Both the position numbers and the translations under genes were made by a program. Below, piece after piece: positions 1 through 13,800 of a stretch of 64,000 bases of DNA (position 1 is the stretch's first letter; the number at the start of each line of letters is the position of its first letter). Source of the stretch: Podarcis melisellensis (Eukaryota); the NCBI GenBank assembly GCA_964234715.1, contig OZ174276.1. The stretch is one strand, 5' to 3'. Below the pieces are notes generated by a model. That model made no database searches. It saw only the letters and a list, made by a program, of their open reading frames with translations, and was not told the DNA's origin.

Positions 1-1911
1 GCTGCACCAAATTTTAATAAAGGTGAGAGTTACGTGAGAGAATTTATATGGGTTTAATAATAGTAATGCCAGAAGTGTTCTCATTTTTTTCACTAGGACT
101 AGGGCAGACAAGGCAATAGCCCCTTGATATTTTATTAATTAATTAAATTTGTATACCACTCTCCATCCATAGATCTCTGAGAGGTTCACAGCATAAAATA
201 GTTGAGTAGAAAAGCATGCATTTTGACCATTGTATGTTGGAAAACCTGGTTCAGAAATAAAGACTAAAAAACTACACCCCCCCTGAGATACTGTATTAAT
301 AGAAAAATTTTGATTCGAAGAAGATAAATTTGTCCAGCTGTTTTCTTCTCCCTCCTGGTTTCATGTTATGTCAAAGTACTTTATGTTGCTCTATTTTATC
401 ACACTGTTCTCAGCACAGAACCTCCCAGTGTGTTACTAACTTCACATTTTATTTCTGTGAGCGGTAATGCACACATTCAGATACCAACAACTGTACTCTC
501 TTCAGTAGCTGTGAACTGTTTCAGCTAAACCTGAAAAGGCACTACATGGTAGCTCATAGCTTGTTACAAATCCCATTTGTAATGTATTTGCAAACATACA
601 GCTTTTCTCAAAAGAACAGATAGAGCAATCTGCAAACGCTTTCCCATGTACTCGTAATAACCTTTAACAATTAGTGCTTGGTGTGCACAACATAATAGTA
701 TTTGCTTTAATTACTTCAAGACAAGTTATAGAAGATATATAGAAAAGGGGTCATTTGGATGTTAAATATTCATGTGTGTATTCTAAAAACTTCCAGTGTT
801 TGCGAAGCTATAAGGAGATTTTAACCCCGCAACAGCCAGCCATGTGCCTATGGCATACTTAGAATCAGAATATGAAGACTAGCCCTTTCCTATTTATCCT
901 CAGCGTTTGATATTCAGAGGCATATTGATTCCGAAGAGAAAGGTTCTATCACTCAAATTAAAACTGTCAATTACCTCTAGTTCTGTAGGAGCTACACATA
1001 CCCTGATCCACTTTGTGGTTAGTACCCTAAATTAAATGCTAAAAGTAATTAACCTGCTTGCTGTGTAGGCCTTGGTTCGTTTTCCTTATAAGGCTATTTT
1101 TCTAATGGCAGAAGGACAGAAGTGTTGGTTACCACTTGAGCAGACTAATTTGCTTTTCTTCTGCAGGCGACAAATGCTCATCACAGTAGAAACAATCTGT
1201 TTACAAAGCAGAATTTGCTGGAAAGCCAAATTAATCAGCAGGACTGTCGTAGATAGGAAAACAAACACTTGGTAGTAATATCCACAAATCCGAATATGAA
1301 GGGAGTATAGCAGAATACATTTAAAAGACAGAAATCGCCAGGTTTTCCTGTATTCAGTTTCAGCTGAGGTGTTGACTAAGCAGCACTGTCCTGTAGATGT
1401 ACTTGAGCTAAGTACGTACTTGCATTCTGGAAGCAAATGTGCATCTCAGCTATCCATTTTTGGATGTTCTCCCCCCTCCATATAAGACATAGTCTGAGTG
1501 AAGAGGTAACAAAAGTTGTACATCCCTAGGATTATATCACCTCTACAATTTGGCTTGCTCTGTGCTAGAATGTTGGGGTCATGTCCAAGTTTTGACTGCA
1601 AGACCTAAGAAAGACCCAGACTTCCATAGTACTAAGGTCTTGGATTTTGTGTATTACAGCTTTCTCTGTAGCAGAATTCTCACTAATGTAGGCTAAACAT
1701 TTTGGGATAAGACTGTGTCCCAAGCATCTTTGTATTTATTATATAAACAAAATGTTTATATAATATTAAACAAAACAAAAATGTTGTCATTCCAGTGAAC
1801 CGGTCTGCAAGCATATGTCTGTAGCTTCCTTTGCGCTTGATTTTGGACTTCTTAGGAAGTATTGGAATCCTACGCCCCTTTTCAGCTGAGACCTGTGGGT
1901 AGTATACAAAT

Positions 1912-1912
<1 letters not shown>

Positions 1913-1953
<41 letters not shown>
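1913..1953. repeat. (AAT)n microsatellite
   Basis: About 13 perfect TAA units. Confidence 0.95.
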
Positions 1954-2248
1954 GGCTCTGGAAACAGTTTAGAACACTAGAAATCTTAACAAATGTATGA
2001 TATAAGATATATGAGAGTGCATGGCAGTCTCTTCTGTTCCCTGGCACTTGGTGAAATGATCAACATCCAGGCTGTTCTCTCCAGAATGTGGAGTTGGAAG
2101 GAGCTGTTTGTTGCTGGACATGGACTGGCTAATGGGAAAGATGCCAACCCCCCGTGTCTTACCCATCACTTCCAAATTTGGGCTGGATGCAAAAATGTGT
2201 CATTTTAAAATCTTCTAATATATGGTGGGCTAATAAATGTGCACCAAA

Positions 2249-2310
2249 TACAGTCATACCTCGGATTACAGCCGCTTCAGTTTGCGGACCGCCGAAACCT
2301 GGAAGTACCA
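2249..2310. mobile_element. Fragment of a Tc1/mariner-type MITE (one terminus)
   Basis: TA+cagtcatacctcgg terminus, matching the termini of the elements at 5.7 and 39.6 kb. Confidence 0.5.
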
Positions 2311-2514
2311 GGTACTTATAGCTTCAAAGCTCTGGATTTTGGGGGGAGAGGTTTACTAATGTCCCATTCTCTCCTATGTATGATATTTGTCATGCTTTTA
2401 AATGGCCCTCTTTTCTGGAATCCTAGAGATATGACTGAAAAATTAGTTTATATCCCATCTTTCCTCCAAGGAGGTCAAAGTAGTGCTCAAAATAAGTTCC
2501 CCTAACTTATTTTA

Positions 2515-2655
2515 TGCTCACACAACCCCATGAGTTAGAAGTTGGACTGAAAGGCTGTGCCTGTTCGAGGTCACCCACTGAATTTCATGGCTGAGGGGGG
2601 ATTTGAATACTCATCTCCCAGAATGAATCCAGCGCTTTTTGCACCACACTGGCAA
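2515..2655 (-). mobile_element. MIR/CORE-type SINE remnant
   Basis: acaaccccatgag...aggtcaccca..tttcatggctgag..ggatttgaa...caccacactggc pattern. Confidence 0.55.
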
Positions 2656-4649
2656 TGTGCAATCCTTTTTATATTCCAAAAAGCCTCTCTAGGTGATGCA
2701 TGTAGAGATATGCTGTAAACATTTGTCTTGCTTAGTGGTTTTATTTAGTATAAGGTTTCTTTTCATAGTTCTTGTAATGCAGGGGTAGTGAATTGGTTGG
2801 CCTGATTTCGCTCAGCAAGCCATTTTCAAAAGACACATCAGCCTATGTTGAAATAGACTGGTGGTGGTATTTTCAGTGGTAGCTTCAGCTATGGTGGTGT
2901 AGAACAATCTGCCACCATGACGAACAGTCAGGAACCCTCTGGGAACAGGAAGAGGCACTTTGATCTATTCCAGTGTTTCATTAGTACTGTATTCTGGTGT
3001 ACTCCTTCCTTTTTTCTGAGCACTCCAATCTGGTCTCAATGGTAGCAGGCTGTTCTGCACCACCACGGGGAAGCTGGAGGAAGAGAGACTCACCACTGCT
3101 CTGCTATCTGTGCTTTTCACCATAACTGGTACTCTCAGTAGAGCAAGGGAGCATGATGGAAACAAGTGCTGGGGCAATTCCTTTCAGCTATTGATGTTGC
3201 TAGTGCGGCAATGTGTATTGTATATATCGGAGTGTGTAGGTGGGTGTCTGCTTGGAATACTGCCCTTGGACAAAAAAAGAAACTAGTCACCCCTGAAGGT
3301 TGGAAATAAATGTTTATGTAGCAGGAGGCAGAGATTTTCATTGGCCCAGAGGTAAGACCATCTGACCAGGGCCTCCCTCTGCCTCTGCTCACAGAATATC
3401 AATGTGCGCATTTGGCACTTGACTTGTGTCTACATCTATGACAATAATAGCATGAAAACAAAACATGAAAAGGAGACAAAATGGAACTTTGTATAAAATG
3501 CAGGTTTGCTCATAAGACTGGAACAGCCACCAAAAGCTTTTTTTTCTTTTTTAAGTTTCAGTTATGAAACTTAGAGAAATTGATATGCTTGTTTCTAGTA
3601 TGGCGTTCTTGCTGCTAGTTCTGACTCATTCATACTGCATTAGCTTTTGCAAGCCTCTCTACAAGTTTTACTTGTTTGGTTGTGATAAATCTGTTCATTA
3701 TTTGAAGTGAAGGGATGGGGAGGAGCTCCTGTAGTAGTTAGTATTAAAAGGAACCAGGAAGTTGTGCCTCCATGGAACCAGCACTGATGCTTTACCTTTT
3801 TCCTCCTCCTGTGTCACTGTTACACGCCAGAAGTAACCATTTCATACTGGAAGCGTGTGTTTTCAGCATGGGAGCTGTGGCGAGAAGCTTGAGCTAGTGA
3901 AGAAGCCAGTCAGGAGTTAGAACATGGCAAGGCGGAGTTCCTGAGTGACCTTCAAAGCCAAATATGGAAGGGGGTGGTTGCTATGGGGACTGCTTCCTGT
4001 TTCCTCTTGGGTGGGGGTTCCGGGTGCTGTCCCATGGCAACAGCCCCTCACTTGGGCGGGGTATGTGTGTGTGTTGTTTGGATACAGTAGCCTCTCCTTC
4101 CTGTTATTTGTGGTCCACCCTTGGGACACCTGATGTCATACAGGAAGGGGAAGGGTGTCTTAGAGTATGTGCAGAGTGCCTTTTCATTTTCATGCCCTAA
4201 ATTGCTGCCAGTTGGGGCTGTTTAATAATCCTGTTTCAGTTTTATTTTACTGGGTGCCACCTTACAAAAAACAACATTTAGCAGGGCAATGAATGACTCA
4301 ATTTTTTAAAAAAGTCTTTTCAAAGCTCTACTGTTCAATTTTTAAGCCTTAAAAAAATGATAGGCTGAATGGCTAAATTACAAAACAACACAGGATTTTA
4401 CCAGGTATCCCACATGGGAATAATTGGTTAAGGGAACTGGGGACTCATAAAGGTTGAAAACCACAGGTCTACACCATTAAATAGCATTTTTGTGCATGTA
4501 TTGGCTGGGACCTAGTGATGAACAGAGAACCATTTTGGTAGCATATGCCTAATAGTGTGCATATATGTTGATTTATGTTGATTAGCCCTTTCCTTTGCTG
4601 GTAGGCGTAGTGATATTTCATGCTCATTTTTTACCCTTATGTGTAGACC

Positions 4650-4838
4650 ATGAAGCAGAAGTGGTTGCTGTATGCAGCATTGCTGTTGGCTGGAGCCTCT
4701 GCTATCCTGGCACATGAAACTCACGATCACGATCATGATGATGACGACGTAATAGATATTGAAGATGACCTTGATGATGGCGTTGAAGAGGTAGAAGAGT
4801 TGAAGCATGAAGCGAGCACTCCACCCCCACTCCCTAAG
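4650..4838 (+). CDS. CANX: Calnexin coding exon 1 (signal peptide, acidic N-terminus)
   Basis: tag|accATG; [43 protein letters not shown]...PPPLPK|gt. Confidence 0.96.
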
Positions 4839-7800
4839 GTTTGTTTGAATACTTAATTCAAGTGTAGATCTCCAGAAAGAAATTATTAGCAAGTTCCTTC
4901 ATTCTGATGATTGGACCAGGTCTGCAGCTTTCTATCTATAATTCTAATTTTAACCGGCCCATTATCTGAGTGAGGTGCACTCTTCCAAGTTGTTGCTTTC
5001 CTTTGGCTGCTAGAACTTGCTTCTTGAAAAGATGTGGAAAATTCCTGCATCCAAACTTAAGTTGCTGCACTGTCCAGAGAGGCTTCTCCTGTTGTTTAAA
5101 GCTTTGTGCTGTTTGCATGGGTGTAGTGTAAGGAAAGCCCATGTGCTGCTATCTATATGTTTTGGACTGCATCTCCCAACAGCCCCAGCCAAAATAGCCA
5201 AAGGTAAGGAATGATGGGAATTGTAGTCTGCTATATCTGGCAGGCACTACATTGACTGCTGTGGTGTTAGTAAATAGGGATGCTTGGAGAACTTATTCTT
5301 TTGAGTTCTAGTTTGAACAGATCCATTCAATGTCTTCTGGATGACTGTGTGGATCATAAGATAGTTTTCCTTGTGTGATGTACTTGGGCCTAAAAACAAA
5401 CCAGACTGCATATAAAAATGCATATATACTTAGAAATGCTTATTTAGTGAGAACGCATTCAAAAACATCTGTTTAAATCTGGTGCAGATTAATTAAATTC
5501 TGTGCAGATTAATGTGGAAATTGGACACAGCAGGCTTTGTCGACATGTGAATGTGATACAGATGATACCAGTGGGAAAGTAGCATCATGTACATTGGAAT
5601 TAGTCATGCTTGGAAACAGTAATACAACTATATTAGCAGTTTATGTCACCATCATAGAACTATACCAAGACATTATAGCAATGCAACATAGCTTTGTGTT
5701 GTACAGTGGTACCTCTAGTTGCGGACATGATCCATTCTGGGGTTCCATCCGCACCTCAAATAGTCCGCAACTAGAGCGGCGTTTCTGCGCATGTGCAAAG
5801 TCTGCATGTGCGCATGCGGTGAAACCCGGGTTTGCCGCGTTTGCAAGCTGAAAAGACGCGACATGTACCTAACGCAACACAAGGTATGACTGTATGCCTA
5901 GCTCTCGTGTTTGCCTTCTGGGCTCCTATATCTTTAAGGCGGAAGGAACGTGAAAATTGAGCCATGGGTTGCTTTCATCATAGTGCTGAAGAGAACATTT
6001 CATCAGCACAAGGATTTATCCTCCCGCATGCCCCCTAAATTCCACCAAAACTCCAGAGCAGATTTGGGGGTGGTGCAAGGGGAGAGGGACACCGCCTTGT
6101 GGTAGTTCTAATATTTCATTTACTACTATCCTATGAATTGCTAGTGTAGTGCTACACTACGCCCTAAGGTTGGAATCTGCAATAAGAAGTAGAGTAAAGC
6201 AATGAGTTCAAATTTCTAAACCATTATTTGTAGTGTTCTTTCCAGTGAAGAGCTGTTTCAGTAATTCTGCTGTTCAGTAGGAAGTGGAATAGTGTGGGAT
6301 GTTAACATACAAACTATGGGAAGTATCCAATATGTTCCATTAACACAAGGTCTTTTGCCCATGCCACAGAACTTCTCCTGCCTCTCCTTTTCCCCAACCC
6401 CAAATCTGTTCAGGAGGTTACCCCAACCCTTCAGAGCCAATTTGGAGAGGGAGGGGAAGTTTTATTGCACTAACGGAAATACTTGTGCTGTCAGAACGAG
6501 TGCATTGTGTACCCAAAAGCATATTTCTCAATTCTACTTGATCACAAATAATATGAATTGGTTATAATATTGTTCAAGATATCACTTATCAAGGTATATC
6601 GGACATCTTTCTCAATCAGGTCACCTATAAGGCCCCAGTCCCAACAGGAGACGTTTATTTTGCTGAGAACTTCGATAAAGGAACTTTAGATGGGTAAGTT
6701 TAAGCCCAAGAGGTGTTAGTAGATTTACAGAGAGATGTTTCTGTTGTGTGCATTAAAAACATTTATATCCCTTTTGCCTCAGTATGAGTAATTCAGTGGG
6801 GCTCACATAACAAAAAAGCAATTCTAAACAAAGTCAAAGCAAAATGTACACACGTCCTTGGCAGCAACCAATAAATCACAGTGCACTACCATGCAAATAC
6901 ATGGTGAAGATTAAGAAGCGGGTCCTCAGATGCATGTGGGGATTAAAAGCAGGTCCTGGGTCTGAAAAGGTTGAAGATGTGTGTCTTAGGGCATGGCATT
7001 TCAAAGCCTAGGTGTTGAAACAGAAGGCCCTGCCTTACATCTCTGCCGAAGTATACCTTAGTTATAGTGCACCAATCACAGAGCCAGCAGTTTGTTAGCA
7101 GTGAGCCATTCAGTTGCAAGTTCTTAGACTTTAATATTTCAAATGATGGACATGTGGTAATAAGCATATTTATTGAATTTGTTGCAAGACATACTAATTC
7201 ACTAAACTATGTAATTACAGAAGATAAAAAGGTGTTTAAACACATTTAAGCTATGCAACGCTCTCATATCTGGTGCTTCATTTTCCTTGTCTTCCTTTAC
7301 CCTTCTTTCCCCCCTTCTCCTTTTTTGCTATGTAAACCTGAGGGCAGGGACTGGCTTGCTTGTTAATGATCGCTTGTTAGCCACTCTGGGAACTTTTTTG
7401 GCTGAAGAGTGGGGGGGAGGAATGCTTTAAATACAAAACAAAAAAACAACTGTTTTTAAATTTTAGGTGGGTTCTATCTAAAGCTAAGAAGGATGATATA
7501 GATGATGAAATAGCCAAATACGATGGTGAGTATAATGCTCTGCTTGGTATTCACTGTATGCAATGACTGGGATTAGTAGCGAAGCACAACTACTTTAACT
7601 GGCCCGGCCTCCTCCCAGTACTGGATGGTATTTTTGTTTAGAACTGTTTTATTTGTTTTTATAACCATTGTTTATATTGTTATCATATGCCATGGGACCT
7701 TATGGTGAAGGGTGGGTAATAGATCTTAATCTCAGGGTTGTGGGTTCAAGTCCCACATTGGGAGAAAAATTCCTGCAGTGCAGGGGGTTCGACTAGATGA

Positions 7801-10800
7801 TCATTGTGGTCCCTTCCATCTCTACAATTCTAAGATTCAAATGTGACTAAATCTCAATTAAACTTTTGTCTTGCTTTGGCACTAGTGGCCTAGTTCTCAC
7901 AGAGATGATAAACCTACATCTGGACTGTGATTGCATGCATCCCAATACAAAAATAAAATAAATATATTTTCCACATAGAAACCATCTAGCCTTATTCCTA
8001 ACATGTTTTTCTCTGTGGAAGAAATGGGTTTTTTGTATGGAAGAACACTCAGTCAAATGAGCCCCTACTTGCAAAACTGTACAGACCTGATACAGATTTA
8101 CTGCATCAGTGAGATCTGGGCCAGAGTCCTGGGACAGCATTTAAACATTTCTGTGAACTATTCAACAGCACTCATGTGAAAAACACATGGCATAAAGTTG
8201 GCATTTATAACACTTGGCACATACCTGATTCTAACAATTTCATTTTCATGTGTATAGAATCTTGTTTATTGTTAGGTTGCAGTTAGGCAGTGTTGTGGAT
8301 GAGTGGCTCTCCTGAGCAAAGTTCCTTGTGTGTTGTGGAAGGTCATATTTTCTCATAAACTAGAGTTGTAGTTTATTGCAGTCAGTGGTAGCTGAATTGT
8401 GCATATGGGTTCTAAAAGTGGTAGATATTTTCTGCAATGAAATTTTGGCTGCTTATGTAAATATGGTGAGTAGAAATGACATGGTGTGTGTGATTTCTTA
8501 TGAATAGAGTATTAAAACAGCAATGTGTTGTCCTGTTTTTTAATAGGCAAATGGGAAGTGCAGGAAATGAAGGATACTAAACTACCAGGGGATAAAGGAC
8601 TTGTTCTGGTTTCTCGAGCTAAGCATCATGCAATCTCTGCCAAACTCACCAAACCCTTTGTCTTCGACACCAAGCCCCTCATTGTACAGTAAGTGATCCT
8701 TTTTATTTTCTATCTAGCAATGAATGGGTGTGTACACTGAGCAGTTAGGTTCAGTGGAAATGCACTCACTGTATTGTATATAGGCCTATAAGGACTGAGC
8801 TCAGTGGAAGCGGGTTCTGCCAGTTCGCAGCAAAATCCGACAATTCTGTACAATGGATAGAAACTGCCATGGGCTTTTTTTCGTAACCAAAGTCAAAATG
8901 TCTTGCCTTCCTCACAATCTGGACTATAAGCTTGCTTCACTTGTAATGTTCAAAACATGGTTTGGCAGTTGTCGACTTGCTTTGGATTTCCACTCTAGAT
9001 CTGTCTTTCATTTGGTGCTTTGGGCAAACCAGTATGTGCTTTGATACATGAATTGGGGAAATTATGATTTGTTGCCAGCCAAAATTGAAAAACATGGCTT
9101 AAAAGTGGGGTTCTATTTCTGAATTGAGTCGCACCAAAGAAAGAATTGAAGCATATGAGGTATGACGAGGAAAATGCTGTCTCAGTTGTGAAAGGAGGAT
9201 GTGGTTCTTGTTTGAAATGAGTCATTGTCTTCAGGAAAAAAATGAGGTGGGTTTTCTTTTTAAAATGAGAGTATTATTTTATATTCCAAACTAACTTAGG
9301 TATGAAGTCAACTTCCAGAATGGAATTGAGTGTGGTGGTGCTTATGTAAAGCTGCTTTCAAAAACGCGTGAGCTGAACCTGGTAAGTGACTGTCTTCCAG
9401 TTTCATTCATACAGCTGTTGCCTTCTGAGTTTTAGCTCCTAATGTGTGTTGGGCTGTATCCACAACTATGTTTACTGTGCACTTACTGTGTTTCCAGTGC
9501 TGGGTTATGATTTTTATCCAAAATACATATCCTGTACTTGGTTATAAAATACTACTATTTGATGCATTGTTTCTCCAACCAGCTTCAGACTGTTTGGAAT
9601 CCTTAAGTCATTCCTAATTTCTCTGTAGTTAAGGTGTGCACACCTTTCTTTGAATAGAGTAAATACATCTCCACCTTCCCACCCTCAATGTGCCCTGGTG
9701 CGTACACAAACAGAGAACCTGACAGTAATGAAGCCACACTGATGTGAACATCTGGGGGGGGGGAGCTAAGAAGTGCATGGGCGGGGGAGGGAGAATGTCA
9801 CTGCACTCTAAGGCAGTAATGTGAGCACACCTTTGGACTTCACTTCCAAACGGAGTATGTTCAAGGACTAGTGGTCGTAAGAGTAGTCTGCTGGCCTACT
9901 TATCTACAGTTAGAGCAGTTTGTGGGTCTATCATTATTCTCATGATTTCTGCGGTCTACCAAGTATGTGTTTGCTGAAAAATTATTAATTCCTTGCCTTT
10001 TGGATTACTCTAGATGGCATATTTCATACATCTCATATGCTAATACCATGAAAAATGCCCTTGAATTGGTAGCATGAATTTCGCTTTTTGACTAAGCATC
10101 CATGACTTATAAGTTGGTTGGTGCAGTGTTAACAGCAGTTTTTGAAACTTCAGGTTCCTGAATTGCACTATTAATACTCCTAACAAGGAAAGCCTTATTT
10201 TTCTAGACTTTTACAATTTTGGTTGATGTAAGTCTGCTTATACAGAGGTTATTGATTTCTAGATTTGTAGAATCAAAGTGTTCATAAGATGTAGCTTAGG
10301 AGCTTATCCTGAAAGTTAACTTATGCTGTGTGTTTGAAGCTTGGGCCATATTTATATTTTTAAGGATCAATTCCATGACAAGACTCCCTATACCATTATG
10401 TTTGGCCCCGACAAATGTGGAGAAGACTATAAATTGCACTTCATCTTCCGGCACAAGAGCCCCAAAACGGGCATGTATGAGGAGAAGCATGCAAAGCGTC
10501 CTGATGCTGATTTGAAGAATTACTTTACTGATAAGAAGACTCATCTTTATACACTGGGTAAAGCAACCACATATTTGGATTTCTATGTGAAAGTCTAGTG
10601 CAGAATGTGGGAGAGGCTGTTTGCAACAATGGAGTGTATTGTAAAGCAGGAAGTGAAGAATTTTTAATTTTTTTTCCTGTGTAAGAAACCTTTAATGATA
10701 GAACAACTTCCTTCAGGAGAAGAGTAGACTATAAAGCAGGGAAATGGACCTTCTTGAACCTATATTTTTATAGGTTCTTCTCAAAAGTATTCAAGTTAAC

Positions 10801-13800
10801 TTTATTTTCCTTGGTCTTCCTAGTTCTGAACCCAGACAACAGCTTTGAAATCCTGGTTGATCAAACTGTTGTAAACAGTGGGAATCTTCTTTCTGATATG
10901 ACCCCTGCCGTGAATCCGCCACGAGAGATAGAGGACCCAAATGACCAGAAACCAGAGGATTGGGATGAGAGAGCTAAGATTCCAGACCCAGATGCTGTTA
11001 AGCCAGATGATTGGTGAGTAGCTGTTGAAATTTAAGGAACCTTGGGAGAGGCTTGCTCCAACAGCTTTTTCTGAGAGTGGCATGAAAAGAAGCATAAAGG
11101 GAAGTAACTGGAGTGTAGTGTTTCTAGTGTATTCTCTGGTTTTCTAGGTAATCCTTAATTACATTCCCATATATCTGCGTGAGCATTGGGCAGAGACTAG
11201 ATTGTGGTTGAACCTCAGGAAGGTTAGAAATGGGCTGAGGGGAGTTGGTCTGATTATTGTTCTGCAGATTCAGTCACAAATCAGCTGAAGTCTGTGTCTT
11301 TTCTGCAGTCTGTGCTGTTTGAAAGGCCTTGAGCTAGCTGCTGCTGATCGCCCTGCTTTTCTGGCTCAGGGGATGCCAGCATGTAGCTCAACTTAGCACC
11401 TGAGAGGGGGATGAATTGCAAGCAGTTGCTAGAGACTGGAAGAACCAGGTTTATGGCACCACATTTTACCTCTCATGTCACCATCTGTAACGCTGCTATG
11501 CTTTCACTTGCTGATGACATAACTTGGAAGGGAGTTTTGCAAGGCCAATTCTTCTGTGTTGCTTCCCAATCCTTAGCAAAGTGAGAGTGATAGTAACAAA
11601 AACATAGCAGTAAGTCCAACTGCCAGCCTGTTAACTTGTTCACAAGCTTGTTTGGCCTGGCTTGGTCCCAGTGGATCAGTCACCTCCCCCCCTTTTTTTG
11701 TGAAGAGGTGAAAACTTTTGTTACAGGTTTTTTGGAGCCTCCTTGATTTTTGCCTACTTTACCGAGGAGGGAAGGGTGGCGGGTGGCAACTAATAGGTTT
11801 TTCTTTCTCCTGATGAACAAAAGAGGAAGGAGGGTGACTGAATTGTACTTGACCCTGAATGTGGGTGTTGGATGCAAGTTGGAAAGACACACCAAAACTC
11901 ATGGCTCTGAATAGTCAATTGATTAATTAAAGCATGTCCTGGTTGCATTTTATGTTATCTAAGAGCTTCTGGGGACGCGGGTGGCACTGTGGTCTAAACC
12001 ACAGAGCCTAGGGCTTGCCGATCGGAAGGTCGGCGGCTCGAACCCCTGCGACAAGGTGAGCTCCCGTTGCTCAGACCCTGCTCCTGCCAACCTAGGAGTT
12101 TGGAAGCACGTCAAAGTGCAAGTACATAAATAGGTACCACTCCGGCAGGCAGGTAAATGGTGTTTCTGTGCACTGCTCTGGTTTCGCCAGAAACTGCTTA
12201 GTCATGCTGGCCACATGACCGGGGGGGGGGGGGGAGTCTGCGGACAAACGCTGGCTCCATCAGCCGGTAAAGCGAGATGAGCACCGCAACCCCAGAGTCA
12301 TTTGTGACTGGGGTCCTTTACCTTCACCTTTTAAAAGAGCTCCTTAGCCTCAGGCAAGGAGAGCCAGTATGATCTCTTTTCCCTGTCAGTAGATGGCGGT
12401 GGCTGGTTCTTCAGGCACACCCTCTCCTGGCTTGCTAGCTACAGACAACTGGAGACCTGAGGAACAAGTTGAGAGTGGGGACAAAATGGAGGACAACTGG
12501 TGTTCTCTAGTAGCAAGGCCTTATTTTGTTAACCATACTTCTCATGCTCTGTCAGAGTGCTCCAAACAGCTTATGATACCCTAAAAAAATAAATGATACA
12601 GTAACATCACAATTATTACCATTGTAAAAGATATAACAGAGTGAAATAACTTGGAAATGAAAGACTAAACAGAAGGCAAACCAAAGCTTGCCTAAAGAAG
12701 TCTTTATGCCCCTTATCTTGTTACCAGCTGTGGTCATGCAGGTAGGTCTCTCCAGCTGACCCCAAGAGATGGGCAGGATCAAAGATACCCTTCTTTTAAA
12801 TTGTTGGGGACAGTAAGGTGATTCACTCATTGAGTTGCACCCAGAAATGACCTAGAAAGTCCCAACATCTACAGGCCTGGAGCAACATGCTCCCTGAAAG
12901 TGTTAATGGTTTCTTCCATCTTTTAGGGATGAGGATGCTCCTGCTAAGATTCCAGATGAGGATGCTGTGAAGCCAGAAGGTTGGCTAGATGATGAACCAG
13001 AATATGTTGCTGATCCTGATGCAGAGAAACCAGAAGATTGGTAAGTTAACCCTGATTCCACTTTGCAATGTCTTCAAACTAAAATAGTAACTCTGCTGGT
13101 GATCCTTAAAATAGGGGGGTTTTTGTGAGCATTTCAGTAACCACAACTAATATTTCCAGATGTGTGGTACTTAAACTTCTGTTCTGTTTTGTGTTTAATA
13201 TGTCTACTTGGCATCTAGTTGTATGTGTGGAACATAGCCTGATATACTTCAATGTATTCTGTGTTCAGGTTCATTTTTTTCACTGATTGAAAAACACAAT
13301 TCTGTTACTGCTCTAAGACAGACACTTGGCTTGTTTGCCACTTTCAAAAGCAGGTGAGAGCTGTTGCCTTAATGTGCTGCTATGGGCTTTCTGGAAAGCT
13401 GCTGCTTAGTCCAGCGTTCCCCAAACTGCTGCCCATCAGCTCTTCTGAACTACAGGGGAAGGCTGGATTGCATGAACCCTTGGTCTGTACCCATTCTTTG
13501 ACTGAAATGAAATGGGGTAATGGTCATAGTGAACTTGATCATTGAAATATGGCACTTGAAAGACCATACCTACTGGCCCTGATAGTCAGCAAACGAGCAG
13601 GTTGATGTTTGTCATTTTGTATGAATGACTTACATGGGAGTTGCTGTAGCACGCTCATATTATATATCATCACTGCTGGAAGACATGATGTGTAGTTAGT
13701 TCAAGCCCATCTAGTCATGGTTACAGTTGGAACTCTTTTAGATGAGCAGCACAAAGAAAACAGAATGAGGAGTTCAGGAGTATGGATCTGAATTAATATT

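Noticed and set aside
1072-4200. Short ORFs in CANX intron 1
   Set aside because: No homology, overlapping on both strands, some created by the (AAT)n repeat or TE fragments.
7723-7775. tRNA-like sequence
   Set aside because: Lacks the 5' half and is fused to a CR1 tail, so it is a SINE rather than a tRNA gene.
9285-9300. CANX acceptor with CTAAC next to the AG and little pyrimidine tract (possible U12 intron)
   Set aside because: The donor is GTAAGT, not GTATCC, so it is an ordinary U2 intron with a weak tract.
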